From assembly GCA_963728565.1 (NCBI GenBank), contig CAVSLC010000013.1:384001-448000 (forward strand): a stretch of 64,000 nucleotides of DNA. Reading direction: 5' to 3'. A program made the position numbers and the translations under genes. The stretch's first letter is position 1; the number at the start of each line of letters is the position of its first letter. This stretch comes from an uncultured delta proteobacterium (GTDB taxonomy: Bacteria > Desulfobacterota > Binatia > UBA9968). Shown in pieces: positions 49,594 to 59,853 of the stretch. The notes below the pieces were generated by a model, which had not been told where the DNA came from, ran no database searches, and saw only the letters and a list, made by a program, of their open reading frames with translations.

Positions 49594-49907
49594 AGCGCAA
49601 TGTCTCTCCTTTTATGCGGCGATCTTTGGCGTTGTATCAGCGCTCCAGCTACACGTCAAAGGAAGCTTCTTAAGCATTTCAGACACGACAGCAAGCATCG
49701 CATCGAATCTGCTCTCGAATGAGTTGCGGCTGCGGATTGATAATGGCGAATGCCGGTAGACTAGGTGAATCGTGGTTGCTCCGACAACAACGATAAAATG
49801 TTTTCAACTTGAGTGTGACAAAGAAAAATACGTCCGTGGAGTCGCCAGAACAAGAATGGTTACTATAAACATCGTCTCCAAGTCAAATCACACCGATGGG
49901 TAAACCG

Positions 49908-51275
49908 TCACCTGTCCCGCACTATTTGGCTTGCGTCGATCTCGCTCACCCTACCGATGCATAGCCGGTTTACAAACCACAGGACGACGCCGATCGCAAT
50001 CAGCACGCCCACTCGCACATAAACAGCGGTGTCGCGGCCGGTGATCGGTAGGGCCAGGATCAAGCACACCAAAGCGCCGAGAACCGGCATCCATGTCGGT
50101 GCGCGAAAGTGCTCATGATCGACCCGGTCGCGCCGCAGCACCAGCACGGATACGTTGACCAGCGCAAATACGCACAGCAGCAAGAGCACAGTGGTTTCGG
50201 CCAGGCCGCCGATATCTCCGGTAGCCACCAGCACAGCAGCGATTGCGGTCGTGAACAGGATCGCGACCCATGGGGTGCCGCGTACCGGGTGGACACTGGC
50301 AAATATAGCTGGCACGACGCGCTGACAGGCCATGCCGTAGACCAGACGCGACGCCATAATCATGTTCATGAGAGCGGTATTGGCGACGGCGAATAGCGCG
50401 ATCAACGCGAACAGCTTGGGCGGAAACGGCAGGCCCGCAACCTTGACCACCTCAAGGAGCGGTCCGGAAGAATTCGTCAACGTCTGAGTGTCGACCAGCA
50501 TAGCGGCGGTAAAGGCTACCGCCATGTAGACGACCGCCGCTACGACGATGCCGCCAAACAGCGCGTAAGGAAAATCCCTCGCCGGATCCTTCGCCTCTTC
50601 CGCAAGATTAACCGAATCTTCAAAACCGAGCAGCGCATAGAAGGCCAACGCGGTCCCCTGCAGCACACTGAGAAAAGCGCCAGCGCGCGGGTTGAACTCT
50701 AACGCCCGGCCCGGATCGCCTTCGCCGGTAAGTAACGCATAAATTCCAATGACGACAATCACGACCAAGCCGGAACCTTCGATGACGGTGAGCGTCACAT
50801 TCACCTTGACGGACTCGGAAATTCCGACAAAGTTTACCAGGGTTACAAGTGCGAGAAAGATCAGCGCGCCGGCAATAACCGGTAGTGTTACGAACTCGGC
50901 GAGATATCGGCCGCCGAAGGCCTGGGCCGAGACGCCTGCTGAAGTCACACCGCTCATCATAACCGCGAACGCCACGATGAACGTCACGAAAGGAATTTTA
51001 AATGCCTTATTGACGTAAAGCGCCGCGCCCGCCGCTTGGGAATATTTTCCCGCCAGCTCGGAGTACGCAGCTGCGGTCAGTACCGCGAGGACGAAGGCGA
51101 GCAAAAACGGCAGCCACAGCATGCCCCCGACATGGCCTGCCACCCTGCCGACCAGCACGTAAATGCCTGCTCCCAGGATATCGCCAATGATAAAGAACAG
51201 CAGCATCCTCCTTCCGATGACCCGCTTGAGGGAGGATGGCCTGGACTCTTTGGGTGCTTCGCCTGTATTAGCCAT
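49908..51275 (-). CDS. APC-family amino acid permease
   Basis: GDILGAGIY, YSEL, FYALLGFED, AEEAKDP, SRLVYGMA. Confidence 0.9.
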   Translation of the reverse strand: MANTGEAPKESRPSSLKRVIGRRMLLFFIIGDILGAGIYVLVGRVAGHVGGMLWLPFLLAFVLAVLTAAAYSELAGKYSQAAGAALYVNKAFKIPFVTFIVAFAVMMSGVTSAGVSAQAFGGRYLAEFVTLPVIAGALIFLALVTLVNFVGISESVKVNVTLTVIEGSGLVVIVVIGIYALLTGEGDPGRALEFNPRAGAFLSVLQGTALAFYALLGFEDSVNLAEEAKDPARDFPYALFGGIVVAAVVYMAVAFTAAMLVDTQTLTNSSGPLLEVVKVAGLPFPPKLFALIALFAVANTALMNMIMASRLVYGMACQRVVPAIFASVHPVRGTPWVAILFTTAIAAVLVATGDIGGLAETTVLLLLCVFALVNVSVLVLRRDRVDHEHFRAPTWMPVLGALVCLILALPITGRDTAVYVRVGVLIAIGVVLWFVNRLCIGRVSEIDASQIVRDR

Positions 51276-51494
51276 GATTGTTTTCTTTAGCTTTTCATCG
51301 GATCTACTAGAGCACGATCCTATGTGCAAGAGGAGGCGCTGCCCTGGTACGGCTCAGGGCGGTATGAAGAAGGCAATCGCGTATGCGTTTGCCCGCATCA
51401 TTTTCGACGAATATACTCCGACACACATCGGCTCGAAAGGAAGTCCCAATCAGTCGATCACCGAAGGGATATTTCCGGTGAAAGGATCAGAGCA

Positions 51495-52481
51495 ATGTTT
51501 CAACTTGGTGTGTTCTTAGCAGTTGTCATGACCGCTTTTGCGGCAAACGTCTGGGGTCTGGATAAAATTCGGATCGGCATGGGCGCATTCAGCCCGACCA
51601 ACAGCGCGATCTGGGTCGCCGAGGAGCGCGGCTTTTTCAAAAAGCACGGCATCGAAGCCGAAGCGATCTTCATCGGCGGCGGCGCAGCGCGCGGCGTCAA
51701 TGCCTTGCTTGCCGGCGATATTCAGTTCGCCACCGCGGGCGGCGGGGCCGTGATCACCTCAGCCCTCAAGGGCGCCGACGTCGTCATGGTCGCGGCGCAG
51801 AACAATAAAGGAGTTCATCGAATTCTCGTGCGGCCCGAAATCGATACGCCGGAAGCGATCAAAGGAAAGAAAATCGCGATTACTACGTTCGGCTCTTCAT
51901 CCCACGCCGTGCTGACGATGGTCCTCGACGTATGGAAGATTCGTCCCGACGAGCTGCAGATATTGCAAGTTGGCTCCTCGCCGACCATGCTGATCAGCCT
52001 GCAAAAGAAATTGGTCGACGGCGCGGTGCTGACCGATCCGTCTTATTTCATCGCCGAGGATCACGGCTTTCGCGTCATCGCCGATCTCGCCAAGATGAAC
52101 ATTCACTATCTTCAGAGCATGATTGTATCGACACGCAGCTACCTGCGCTCCAACCGTGATCAAGCGACTCGGGTCCTTCGGGCCTTCGTCGAGGGCATCG
52201 CTTATTTCAAGAAAAATAAGAAAGACAGCGTGCGCATTATACTTAAAAAGATGCGTATGGATGCGGATCAAGCAAAATACGCCGAGCGCACTTACGATCA
52301 GTACGCCGAGCTCTACTTCGACCGGATCCCCTACCCGTCACCGACGGGAATCAAAACCGTCCTGGAGAGTCTCGCCAAAGACAACCCCAAAGCCAAAGGC
52401 GCCGATCCAAGCTCCTTCGTAGATGCCAGTATCCTGAAATCGATCGAGGACAGCGGGTTTATCAAGAGTTTGTACGAGTAG
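51495..52481 (+). CDS. ABC substrate-binding protein, NMT1/SsuA family
   Basis: IWVAEERGFFKKHG, KGKKIAITTFGS, IEDSGFI; start uncertain. Confidence 0.86.
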   Translation: MFQLGVFLAVVMTAFAANVWGLDKIRIGMGAFSPTNSAIWVAEERGFFKKHGIEAEAIFIGGGAARGVNALLAGDIQFATAGGGAVITSALKGADVVMVAAQNNKGVHRILVRPEIDTPEAIKGKKIAITTFGSSSHAVLTMVLDVWKIRPDELQILQVGSSPTMLISLQKKLVDGAVLTDPSYFIAEDHGFRVIADLAKMNIHYLQSMIVSTRSYLRSNRDQATRVLRAFVEGIAYFKKNKKDSVRIILKKMRMDADQAKYAERTYDQYAELYFDRIPYPSPTGIKTVLESLAKDNPKAKGADPSSFVDASILKSIEDSGFIKSLYE

Positions 52482-52509
52482 TGGTTTGCAGGACGAGTTA
52501 AGGGGCGGT

Positions 52510-53379
52510 TTATAAGCTCTTCACAAAATCGATTATCAATCGATTAACGTGTCTCGCCTGTTCTCGAAACACATAATGACCTGCATGATTAAATGCGTGG
52601 AATTCCGTCCTATCTACCACCGAGCTGATCACGTGAAGTAAATCGATTCCCAGCTTCATGGGGGAGGACTGATCGTTGATGCCCCAGATGATCAACGTCG
52701 GAGCCTTCAATCCTCCGGCTTGAATCAGTTTCAGGGTCTCATACTTTTTCTCGCGCATACTCGGAAGAAATACCTCATCGAGAAAACGCTCCATCTTCTT
52801 TCGCGCGTCGAGGGTCCTTGGGAGCCGGCCTATTCTCAGCATCTCTTGAACGAAATCTTCAGTGATGTGCTCATGCGAGTAGGAGTTGGCGATGGGCTCT
52901 TTTAAAATAAACTCTCGATCCGGAACGGCGGGCGCGCCGACTTCCAATTTCGTATAGAAATCATATGGCAGTGACGCATCTTCCGCAGGGAGAGTGTTGC
53001 TGTCAAAGATTATCAGGGCTTTAACCAATTCGGGGTGATCGACCGCGAGGCGCGCCGCCGGCAGAGCTCCCCTGGAATGGCCCGCCAACGTAGCGTTTGT
53101 TATCCCGAGAGTTCGTACAAAAGCACGGGTGTGCTCGATCACTGCGGCCATCGTATAATCCGCGTCGCTTTTAGGATTATCGGTATCGCCCATTCCTAGT
53201 TTATCGAATGCGTAAACATGAAAGTGCTGGCTCAGCTCGTGGAAGTTCAAGCTCCAGTGATAAGCGCTATAAAATGTCCCGAACTTTCCCCCGTGAATAA
53301 GAACGAGGTTATCGCCGGTTCCGGCCTCGAAATATCTGGTTCTTATACCGTCTAGCGTGACATATTTGGCTTTGTCCAT
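52510..53379 (-). CDS. Alpha/beta fold hydrolase (meta-cleavage-product-hydrolase-like)
   Basis: LIHGG, DKLGMG, GHSRG nucleophile elbow, WGIND, AGH. Confidence 0.85.
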   Translation of the reverse strand: MDKAKYVTLDGIRTRYFEAGTGDNLVLIHGGKFGTFYSAYHWSLNFHELSQHFHVYAFDKLGMGDTDNPKSDADYTMAAVIEHTRAFVRTLGITNATLAGHSRGALPAARLAVDHPELVKALIIFDSNTLPAEDASLPYDFYTKLEVGAPAVPDREFILKEPIANSYSHEHITEDFVQEMLRIGRLPRTLDARKKMERFLDEVFLPSMREKKYETLKLIQAGGLKAPTLIIWGINDQSSPMKLGIDLLHVISSVVDRTEFHAFNHAGHYVFREQARHVNRLIIDFVKSL

Positions 53380-53421
53380 CGTTTCCTCACGGCGGAATAA
53401 AACACAGAGCCGAGCTGCCGG

Positions 53422-54429
53422 CTACTTGCTAAAAAGTTTTCCGTACTCCCTGCTTTTTTCTTGATATGCATTTTTATCGAGATCGAGCATCTCGACAAAT
53501 TGGATCTTGTCCGCACCGGGTAACGGCGGCTTGATGCCTTGGCGATTTACGAACTCGCCTCCGATTTTGGTCATGAGCTCCATACTCTCGTCACCGAGAA
53601 AGAAATCGATAAAGGCCTTTGCCGCGTTCGGGTTCGATGCCTTACTGCTGGACGCAATATGATGTCCATCGCCTAACATCTTCCCCAATCTCACGTAATC
53701 AAGCGGCGCTCCTTTTTGCCCGTAGAGAAAAACATACCTGACGAAAGCTATCGCGATAGGCGTCTCTGCGGTTATCACCCGCTCCGCGGCCGGAATATAC
53801 GATTCCACCAGCGCCGGCTTGGTTGCTGCCAAATCGCGGATGAATCTATCTGCCTTTTCCTGTCCCATGACTTTATGAAGGCTGGCAAGCCACTGCGTAG
53901 TCGTCGTGTGTTGCCTCGGATCAGCCATAACTACTTTGCCTTTGTACTGAGGCTTGACCAGATCTTCCAAAGATTTCGGAGCGTCCGCAGGCTTGATGGC
54001 ATCTTTATTATAGATAATCCCAATGATCACGTTGCGATATCTTGGACCCAAGTCAGGATCGATCACATCCTTTGCAAAACCTTTGGCCGAAGGAGAGTCG
54101 TACTTGCCTACAATTCCTTCCTTGAAAAGGATCTGCATCGGACTGGCATTGTTAATGAGCACGTCAAAAAGCGGTTTGCCGGCGCGGTATTCGCTCGTGG
54201 CCCGATCCATGACCTTGGTCGACGACGCCCGCCAATATTCCATTTTGATTCCGGTCTTCTTTAGAAAGGCATTGCCGATGGCATCTCCCGTATCGGAATC
54301 GAGAGAGCCGTAAACCACTACTTTGCCTCCCTCTTTTTTAGCCGCCTCGATCAGTTTTGCATCTTGGGCAAAGGCTGTGCTTGATAGGGATAGAAACAAA
54401 CCAGCTGCGATCAATGCGATGCTCTTCAT
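53422..54429 (-). CDS. Extracellular solute-binding protein (iron/AfuA-like family)
   Basis: AAKKEGGKVVVYGS, IYNKD, PKSLEDL, NPNAAKAFIDF. Confidence 0.85.
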   Translation of the reverse strand: MKSIALIAAGLFLSLSSTAFAQDAKLIEAAKKEGGKVVVYGSLDSDTGDAIGNAFLKKTGIKMEYWRASSTKVMDRATSEYRAGKPLFDVLINNASPMQILFKEGIVGKYDSPSAKGFAKDVIDPDLGPRYRNVIIGIIYNKDAIKPADAPKSLEDLVKPQYKGKVVMADPRQHTTTTQWLASLHKVMGQEKADRFIRDLAATKPALVESYIPAAERVITAETPIAIAFVRYVFLYGQKGAPLDYVRLGKMLGDGHHIASSSKASNPNAAKAFIDFFLGDESMELMTKIGGEFVNRQGIKPPLPGADKIQFVEMLDLDKNAYQEKSREYGKLFSK

Positions 54430-54555
54430 CTCTGGATCTCCCAATTTTTGTTATGGTTGTTCTTAGCTTCCATTTTCTGATTTGACTAAGGCATCCGAAA
54501 CATACGACCTCCGCTGGTTAGTACATCTGACAGGAACAACGTTTTTAGGTCCACT

Positions 54556-55300
54556 TCATTTATGGTCTTTATAGGCGTAGCCACGCTTCTGGATGAACCG
54601 ATCAACTATCAACATGATCGTTTGGTTTAAGTCGGTGGTTATGTCTGCCAAACGATTTATCAAGTCGGTCAATTGTTTGTTATCGGCCTGCGACTGTAAA
54701 TATCCTTCTGCAGCAGCATCTACAAAATAAAATCTGGAACCTTTCATGTTGCTTCCTCTCGAAATAAACGCCGGTTCGATTGAATCGGCGCTTTTAAAAG
54801 AAATGCTCTCGGTAGCCTCTATACAGTTCTCTCGGATCGTAATGGAACGACACTTTGTTACGAATCATCAACAAGGATTTCGTTAAAGGCGTTGAAGTTG
54901 CTTTTGACAGGGAAGCATCAACTAAAGAATTCCATTCGACGCGCACACTGCTAGGTAGCGATCTAACTACTGAAATAAAGAATGGATGGTTAATGGCCGC
55001 CTGATTAGCCTCAATTAGCTTCAGCAGTTCATGTATAAGAGCGCAATGAAGTCTTACGTAATGAAGCTTCATTCCACTATACGTACCCCAAGACCGGGAA
55101 ACCGGGAACTGACTATCTGGTTTTGCTTCAGCCAAAAGCAAGTTACTAAAGATCCCGTTTTTGCAATCGTTATAGATGAGGGCCAACGCTAAAACGAAGC
55201 TGCGAATCTCTTGCGGGGCATCGCTATCGCCCACAAAAGCCTGTGGATCGAAACTTTGCAGGGGAGCAAGTTGTGCAGTTTCTTCGGAGAAACTTCTCAT
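54556..55300 (-). CDS. Hypothetical protein with HEPN-like Rx4-6H motif, frameshift at ~54795
   Basis: ORFs 54794-55351 and 54556-54747 join by removing one base in TTTTAAAA; LLMIRNKVSFHYD; AT-richer than flanks. Confidence 0.55.
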
Positions 55301-55603
55301 CCAATATACCTGTGCGACCAGGGTGAATATGGCTGCCGATCTTGCGAGCAAATTTTGTGGCCCATCATGGAGGCCTCATGACATTACCGGCTCCCGTTAT
55401 CTATTTTCCATGCATTGCCGGCCGGTAAGTCTCAGGTTTGTTTCCGTAATTCGCCCTTCTTCTACCGTGCTCGTTAGCATACGAATCATCATGGAGAACA
55501 GATTTTTTACGGAACTTTTACCCATTATCGTTCGTGTTCGGTGACAGCGAGATAGTCGGTTGAGTTTTTTCAATCACGACAAATGTTGGGTGGAGACGTC
55601 GGA

Positions 55604-56611
55604 TTAACGATTCCTGTAAAGTCGATCGATAAAACCTTCACTTACGAGCTTGTCGATGATGCGATTGTCGGCGATCGTTTCGACCGAAATGGGCTTCTTG
55701 CCCATGAATTCCACAATCGGTGCAATCGCTTCTTGTTCCACCCGTGGTATGCGATCCAAAAATTTAACTGCGTCGCTGTAAATTTCTTCGATCAACTTCG
55801 GCTCCTTGAGGCGGGTATATTTCGCGATTACCTTGAATGCCATTTCCTTCTGCTGGTTGACCGCCGCGACACCTTCAAGATACGCCCGCACCATTCCTTC
55901 CACGGCCGGTGAAGAGCGGCGGTAAAAGTCCTGAGGTACCGCAATCACAACGTTGGAGTACTGAATCCCCAGTTCATCCAAATCCACCAGCATCCTCACC
56001 GGCGCATCCACGCGCAGCACCGCTAAGACCGCGCCGGCAATTTGCCGGCGCCCAAACGCGACCGACATTTCTGCCGTGCCGCCCATTTGCCGCACGTTGA
56101 CCGCGCCATCCAACCCTTGTTTGCGAAGCAAAATCCGCGTCAGATTGTCAGTCACCGATCCGAACCGGGAAACGCCCAAAGTCTTGCCGCGCAGCTCGTC
56201 GATCCGGGTAATCTCCGGCTGTACCCACAGTCGAAAGTAGGGGCGGTTAACCAGACTCATCACCGAGACCAGCGGAGCACCGGCCATCACTGCCGAGATT
56301 ACCGCATTGGTTGCCGCCAACCCGCCGTGAAGGTCGCCGCCGATCAGCGCCTGAACGACTACCGGGCCGGATGAAATGAAAATCAGGTCGGCGTTGATGC
56401 CATATTTCTCAAAGGCGCCGATCTCCTTGGCCATCCACAGTCCGCTTCCTGACGGACCCACTGTGGAATATGCCAGGCTGAGTTTTTTGAGCTCGGCAGA
56501 ATAGCCGCCGACGGCAAAAAACAACAAAAATCCCACCGCCAACATCATTGAGGCCCGTTGGGGTCGCGTCTCGAATCTTGATGTCCACTTAACCTGCACG
56601 CCTGAATTCAA
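55604..56611 (-). CDS. ABC substrate-binding protein, NMT1/SsuA family
   Basis: LWMAKEIGAFEKYG, LRGKTLGVSRFGS, LVSEGFI; start may be 56548. Confidence 0.86.
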   Translation of the reverse strand: MNSGVQVKWTSRFETRPQRASMMLAVGFLLFFAVGGYSAELKKLSLAYSTVGPSGSGLWMAKEIGAFEKYGINADLIFISSGPVVVQALIGGDLHGGLAATNAVISAVMAGAPLVSVMSLVNRPYFRLWVQPEITRIDELRGKTLGVSRFGSVTDNLTRILLRKQGLDGAVNVRQMGGTAEMSVAFGRRQIAGAVLAVLRVDAPVRMLVDLDELGIQYSNVVIAVPQDFYRRSSPAVEGMVRAYLEGVAAVNQQKEMAFKVIAKYTRLKEPKLIEEIYSDAVKFLDRIPRVEQEAIAPIVEFMGKKPISVETIADNRIIDKLVSEGFIDRLYRNR

Positions 56612-56743
56612 GTTCGAGCCTTTCTTAATATCGCCGCCTCAGATAGCGTTTCCGGCGCAATATGGGCCCAATTGGACCCCGCGATAAAGGACATAAAAAC
56701 CTTTTCTCGGCTCGATTTGGCGGCTCACGGATCCAGTAGCGGC

Positions 56744-57139
56744 TTATCGTACGTTCTCAACCACAATTCCAAGCGAAGGCGCACGCGAAAGTGGACCATC
56801 CGCGGTGATAAGCGGCGCGTCACATAGACTTGCTGCCGCTACATAAAACGCATCATAAGCGCTCACATTATTACGGTGTTGCCATGCTGCCCAAAGGAGC
56901 GATGTATGAGGAATACGATCGATATGCCAACTCATAAGATCTTCGAGGGCGCGCAATGCGCGCTGCTCGTCAAGCTGCCGGCGCAATACAGCGCGTCTTA
57001 GAACCGAGAGCACTTCCACATCCAATAACTCAGGGGCCAACAAGAGACCATCTTCAATGATGTTAGCAACTTTGAGCCCCAAGGATGTTCGAAGAAGGTA
57101 CTCCGCGGCCGCGGAGGCGTCGATAACATAGCGACTCAC
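56744..57139 (-). CDS. vapC: VapC PIN-domain toxin
   Basis: YVIDASA, APELLDVEV, SAYDAFYVA, LITAD. Confidence 0.9.
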   Translation of the reverse strand: MSRYVIDASAAAEYLLRTSLGLKVANIIEDGLLLAPELLDVEVLSVLRRAVLRRQLDEQRALRALEDLMSWHIDRIPHTSLLWAAWQHRNNVSAYDAFYVAAASLCDAPLITADGPLSRAPSLGIVVENVR

Positions 57140-57369
57140 AGAAGATCACTGTCGCGATGCCAGCGTTCTTCCTCGAGCAGCTTAGCCGCCGAGCTACGAA
57201 GCTGCGTTGAAGGGCGGCCCGAAAAACGTTTGTGCCATTCTCGCCGCGAAACCTCTCGCTCGATGGCTTCTAAAATGATCTCCCCTAGGGTGCAGCCCTT
57301 CTCCCGGGCATAGCGACGAAGCTGATTGTGCAGTTTCTCGGGAATATTTTTAACTTGAATATTAGCCAT
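57136..57369 (-). CDS. FitA/VapB-like ribbon-helix-helix antitoxin
   Basis: MANIQVKNIPEKLHNQLRRYAREKG; 4-nt overlap with vapC. Confidence 0.85.
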   Translation of the reverse strand: MANIQVKNIPEKLHNQLRRYAREKGCTLGEIILEAIEREVSRREWHKRFSGRPSTQLRSSAAKLLEEERWHRDSDLL

Positions 57370-57374
57370 AGCTA

Positions 57375-57403
57375 ACGGTAGCATGCCTGCGGCATGCCCG
57401 CAA
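57375..57403 (-). promoter_or_regulatory. vapBC promoter with palindromic operator
   Basis: TTGCGG-(GCATGCCgcaGGCATGC, 17 nt)-TACCGT, 5 nt before ATG. Confidence 0.6.
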
Positions 57404-57645
57404 TGATTCGGTAAGATGGAGGAGAATAGTTTCGCAGTGAATAACGATCCGGGGCTCTTTGCTATCGCGGAGCGTTGTTCTGTATTATTTTGATGGTTCA
57501 CGCCAGCATAATTGGCGTCGCTTCGTGACCTTGAGCGATGCGCGCTTACGGCGCGATTCAGGGATTAGGGTCGCGTCTTGAATCTCCATGGTTCGAGACA
57601 CGGGTGATTACAACCTGAGAAATGTTTGTCCCAGGCATGCGCGAA

Positions 57646-58683
57646 TCAGTAGCCCACATCCACAGGGCAGCGCCACGTGATTTCGGCGATGCTTTTTCCG
57701 GTTGGCGTCAGGAGTCCGGGTTTGGCTTCCAAAATCGGAGCAACAGCGTTAATCAGAATCGCCACGGTGGCCTGGTCACCGGCAATGCCATCTTTGATCG
57801 CGACATCGATATTAGTCATTCCCTTAACCACGATCCGATCCTGCGGCTCCGTCGCTCCCACGCAAAAAAGCACTTCGAGGCTGACGCATTCCTTGCCGTT
57901 GCTTAGACAGCGCGCGACCTGGCGCATGCCGGAAACCTCACCGGATTTTACTTTTACGTGTTCCGACTCGACGTTGCCTTCCGCGATCACCGGCTCGACG
58001 GATTGGGTAATTCGATCGGGAACCATACCGAGTGCGTCAGCCACGAGCGCCGCCGACTCCATCAGTCCGAGATGGCCGAAAATTTTACTGCCGAGACTGG
58101 CCTTAAACTGATCAACCCGCAGACCCGCTCCCACCTTCATTTGCAGCTGTCTGCGCCGCAGCGAACAATCCACCACCCGTTTCGCCCACACATGTTCGAT
58201 ATCCGCCGAGGCTGTCGCTAGAAATACGATGAGGCTGTCCATCACGAAGCCGGGATTGATACCGGCGGCCTTGATCGTAACGCCCTTTTCTTTGGCGAGC
58301 TGATCGAGTTGTTCGGCCAGCTGCGCGCTTTGCAAAGTTGGAAAAGCGAGCTCCTCTGCCGAGGTGACCACATTGAGCCCGGCCTGGACTGCGGTCTCGA
58401 GCTGATCGTATATGGCCGGCAGGAAGGAACCGGTTGTGAGCACCACGACATCCGCTTCAACCTCGCTGAAGAGCGCAGCGGGATCGCCGCTCACTTTTAT
58501 GCCGAGGTTTTTCTCAAGTCCTAGAACCGTGCCGAGATCGACTCCAATTTTGCCTGGATCAGAATCGATAACCCCGACTACCTCCAGCCCTGGGCGGCTC
58601 AAACCAAATTTAGCCACCTCACTGCCGATCGCGCCGACACCGTAAAAAATAACTTTTATTTTTTTATTGCTGGGAAGGTTCAT
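57646..58683 (-). CDS. DapB-like / 2,4-diaminopentanoate dehydrogenase-family NAD(P) oxidoreductase
   Basis: YGVGAIG, NVVTSAEEL, GINPGFVMD, LQMKVGAG, GIAGDQAT. Confidence 0.8.
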   Translation of the reverse strand: MNLPSNKKIKVIFYGVGAIGSEVAKFGLSRPGLEVVGVIDSDPGKIGVDLGTVLGLEKNLGIKVSGDPAALFSEVEADVVVLTTGSFLPAIYDQLETAVQAGLNVVTSAEELAFPTLQSAQLAEQLDQLAKEKGVTIKAAGINPGFVMDSLIVFLATASADIEHVWAKRVVDCSLRRRQLQMKVGAGLRVDQFKASLGSKIFGHLGLMESAALVADALGMVPDRITQSVEPVIAEGNVESEHVKVKSGEVSGMRQVARCLSNGKECVSLEVLFCVGATEPQDRIVVKGMTNIDVAIKDGIAGDQATVAILINAVAPILEAKPGLLTPTGKSIAEITWRCPVDVGY

Positions 58684-58737
58684 ATGAAGAGCAACTGCCT
58701 GTGGAATGGATTTGCACAGTGATGAAAAACTGTGTTT

Positions 58738-58862
58738 GCAGGCTGCTTAAAAGATCTCAGAGGCAAGACGCGCGAAGTTCGCTGAGCTGAGGCGTACGCT
58801 TCAGTACGTTGAAGCGAATCAGGCGAGCGCAACGAAGCATATGAGTCTTTTCAGCAGCCGGC
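58738..58862 (+). repeat. ~125-bp TIR-bounded structured repeat, copy C
   Basis: GCAGGCTGCTTAAAAG...GAGGCGTACgcttcaGTACGTTG...GTCTTTTCAGCAGCCGGC. Confidence 0.8.
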
Positions 58863-58866
58863 TAAG

Positions 58867-59826
58867 CTAGGCGGCCTTCTTGCTTTGCCAAAGAGTCATC
58901 AGACGATCACGCTCCGCCTTGTCGAGATGGCTCAAAGCCTGATCGACGATGTCTAGTCCGACCATTTGGTTCCAGGCGCCGATTAATCGCAGCGTTATCG
59001 GTCCCGGTGCACCCTTGCCGATTTGCAGACCGTTGACCGTCTTGATCGGAACGAATGTCGGGCTGGTGCTAGCTAGAAAAGCCTCTTCGGCGGTGTACAG
59101 ATCGAATGGCGTATAGTTTCCCTCGACGACCTCCACGCCCAACTGTTTGGCGAGCTCGAAGATCGCCGCTTTGGTAATGCCGCCGAGGACGTTCCTGTCC
59201 GAGGGCGTGCAGAGCTTGCCGTCGATGACCAGGAAACAATTGTGCGCGCTGGTCTCGCTGAGGTTGCCATCGATGTCGAGCATCAACGGAATCGCCCTGG
59301 GATCGGCCTGCTTGGCCTCGAACGCCGCCATGTTGTGATTCATCTTGTTGGTGATCTTTGCTTTGGACTCGAGGCACTGTGGCGGTATGCGTCTGGTAGC
59401 CGGAATGACCAGCGGCGCGCCCTCGACATAAAAACTCGCAAACTCGGGAAAATTGACAATCACAGGATAGACGGTCACGGTGGCGCGGCCGCTCACGCGA
59501 TTGCCTCGCATGGAGCGAACGCCCCGGCTCACTACTTGCCAGAGGGCGCAGTCTTCGTTATCGCGTAAGAGCTTCTTGTTGCGCTCCAAAACCTCCAACG
59601 TCGTCTTTTCCATGTCCTCCAGCGACATGCCGCAGTCGATGCGGGTATATTGAAGGGAGCGAAACAGCCGCTCGGTATGCTCCCGCAGCCGGAACGGTTT
59701 ATGGCGGAACGTGCGGGTCACATCATACACGCCGTCACCGGCGTTAAAGCCGCTGTCCAACACCGAAACCTTTGCCTGGCTCTCCGGTACGAATGCGCCG
59801 TTAAGGTAAACGATCGTCTCTTCCAT
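58867..59826 (-). CDS. PLP aminotransferase class IV (branched-chain/D-amino acid type)
   Basis: GDGVYD, HTERL, AKITNK, LGGITK, EEAFLAST, PGPIT; ATG 59826. Confidence 0.9.
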   Translation of the reverse strand: MEETIVYLNGAFVPESQAKVSVLDSGFNAGDGVYDVTRTFRHKPFRLREHTERLFRSLQYTRIDCGMSLEDMEKTTLEVLERNKKLLRDNEDCALWQVVSRGVRSMRGNRVSGRATVTVYPVIVNFPEFASFYVEGAPLVIPATRRIPPQCLESKAKITNKMNHNMAAFEAKQADPRAIPLMLDIDGNLSETSAHNCFLVIDGKLCTPSDRNVLGGITKAAIFELAKQLGVEVVEGNYTPFDLYTAEEAFLASTSPTFVPIKTVNGLQIGKGAPGPITLRLIGAWNQMVGLDIVDQALSHLDKAERDRLMTLWQSKKAA

Positions 59827-59853
59827 CGCTTTATCTTCCTTTCGTTGTTTCTG

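Noticed and set aside
54481-54555. attC site downstream of the HEPN-like gene (minus strand TACTAACCAGCGG)
   Set aside because: Only a weak partial left-end resemblance, with no matching right end.
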